Shown here piece after piece: positions 63,021 to 64,000 of a stretch of 64,000 bases of DNA. The translations under genes were made by a program, and so were the position numbers. Position 1 is the first letter of the stretch; each line of letters begins with the position of its first letter. Source of the stretch: Eledone cirrhosa (taxonomy: Eukaryota); assembly GCA_964016885.1 (NCBI GenBank), contig OZ024740.1, forward strand, positions 221,030,001-221,094,000, given 5' to 3'. The notes under the pieces are model-generated. The model did no database searches, was not told the origin of the DNA, and saw nothing but the letters and a program-made list of their open reading frames with translations.

Positions 63021-63883
63021 ATGCTAAAGGGTTCTCCCTAAAAATGAAAGGCAGGTTGTACGATGCCTGCATACGAACAGCAATGCTGCATGGCAGTGAG
63101 ACCTGGGCATTGTGTGCAGAGGATATACGCAGACTAGAGAGGAACGAAGCTTGCATGCTCCGCTGGATGTGTAACAGTAATATACGTGAACGGCAAAGCA
63201 TAAACGAACTAAGGAAAAAATTAGAGATAAGAGGGATCAGATGTTGTTTACTCGAGAGAAGGCTACGTTGGTATGGACACGTGATGCGCATGAAAGTCGA
63301 TAGCTGTATAACAAAGTGCAGGGCAATAAAGATAGACGGTAGTCACGGAATAGGCAGACCTAGAAAAACCTGGGACGAGCTGATAAACTCCGACATCACA
63401 CACTTACACCTCTCCAAGACAATGTCACTGGACCGAGACCTTTGGCGGTACTCAGTAACAGAGAAGACCCGCCTTACCTAAATATATAGTAAAACCTACT
63501 CCAGCCAGTAGGCATCTCTAACAAAATACACCCCGTCCCACCACCACCACCCCCACCCCATCCACACCACCCCGTTCTATGTAAAGTTATGTTGGTGCCG
63601 CGCCATCCAGGCCGAAACAAATGAGATCGTGTAGGTGTCACGACAAAAAAACACACAGTCCACGCTGTAATGTGGCCGTGTAGGCAACACGGTAAAAACC
63701 TCCCAGACCCACACTGTAAATGTGGTTGGTGTTAGGAAGGGCATCCAACTGTAGAAAACCTGCCAGACAGTCCTATGCGAGCAAGACAATCACTCTTGCC
63801 TCAAATGGGACTACCCCCGTCCAAACCCATGCAAGCGTGGAACACGGACGTTAAACGTTGATGATGAGGATGATGATGATGAT
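63021..63883 (+). mobile_element. RTE LINE 3' fragment
   Basis: ORF KGFSLKMKGRLYD...RRLRWYGHV; 3' UTR and (GAT)n tail. Confidence 0.9.
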
Positions 63884-64000
63884 GGGAAGGACTTCATATA
63901 CTCTAGAGGCTTGTTGTCCACAAGAATTTCACTGTATTGGTGATTAGGTAGTGTTATGTCTCTTCTTTGAATAGGTGTTGATTTGAGCTGGTATATGACT

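Overview
AT-rich, microsatellite-dense eukaryotic DNA. The mix of tRNA-headed SINEs and RTE LINEs suggests an octopod/coleoid cephalopod (inference only). No complete gene is present. Most predicted ORFs are microsatellite or antisense artefacts; the real ones are fragments of non-LTR retrotransposons (RTE, Tx1/L1, CRE-like, R4/Dong-like). Also present are many SINEs, TA- and TTAA-type MITEs and a probable solo LTR. The window looks like long introns of a minus-strand gene, with a few small candidate exons (11140-11193, 11661-11696, possibly 19624-19644) and a candidate recursive splice site at 21787/21788. The most striking unexplained structure is a set of nine fold-back palindromes (23.6-51.3 kb), mostly in or beside (TA)n tracts. 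Five carry recognisable hammerhead-ribozyme cores of the Penelope-like-element type, some with very long stem II. The other four carry only the GAAAC half and appear centred on stem II. All structures were read by eye; nothing was folded, aligned or searched computationally.
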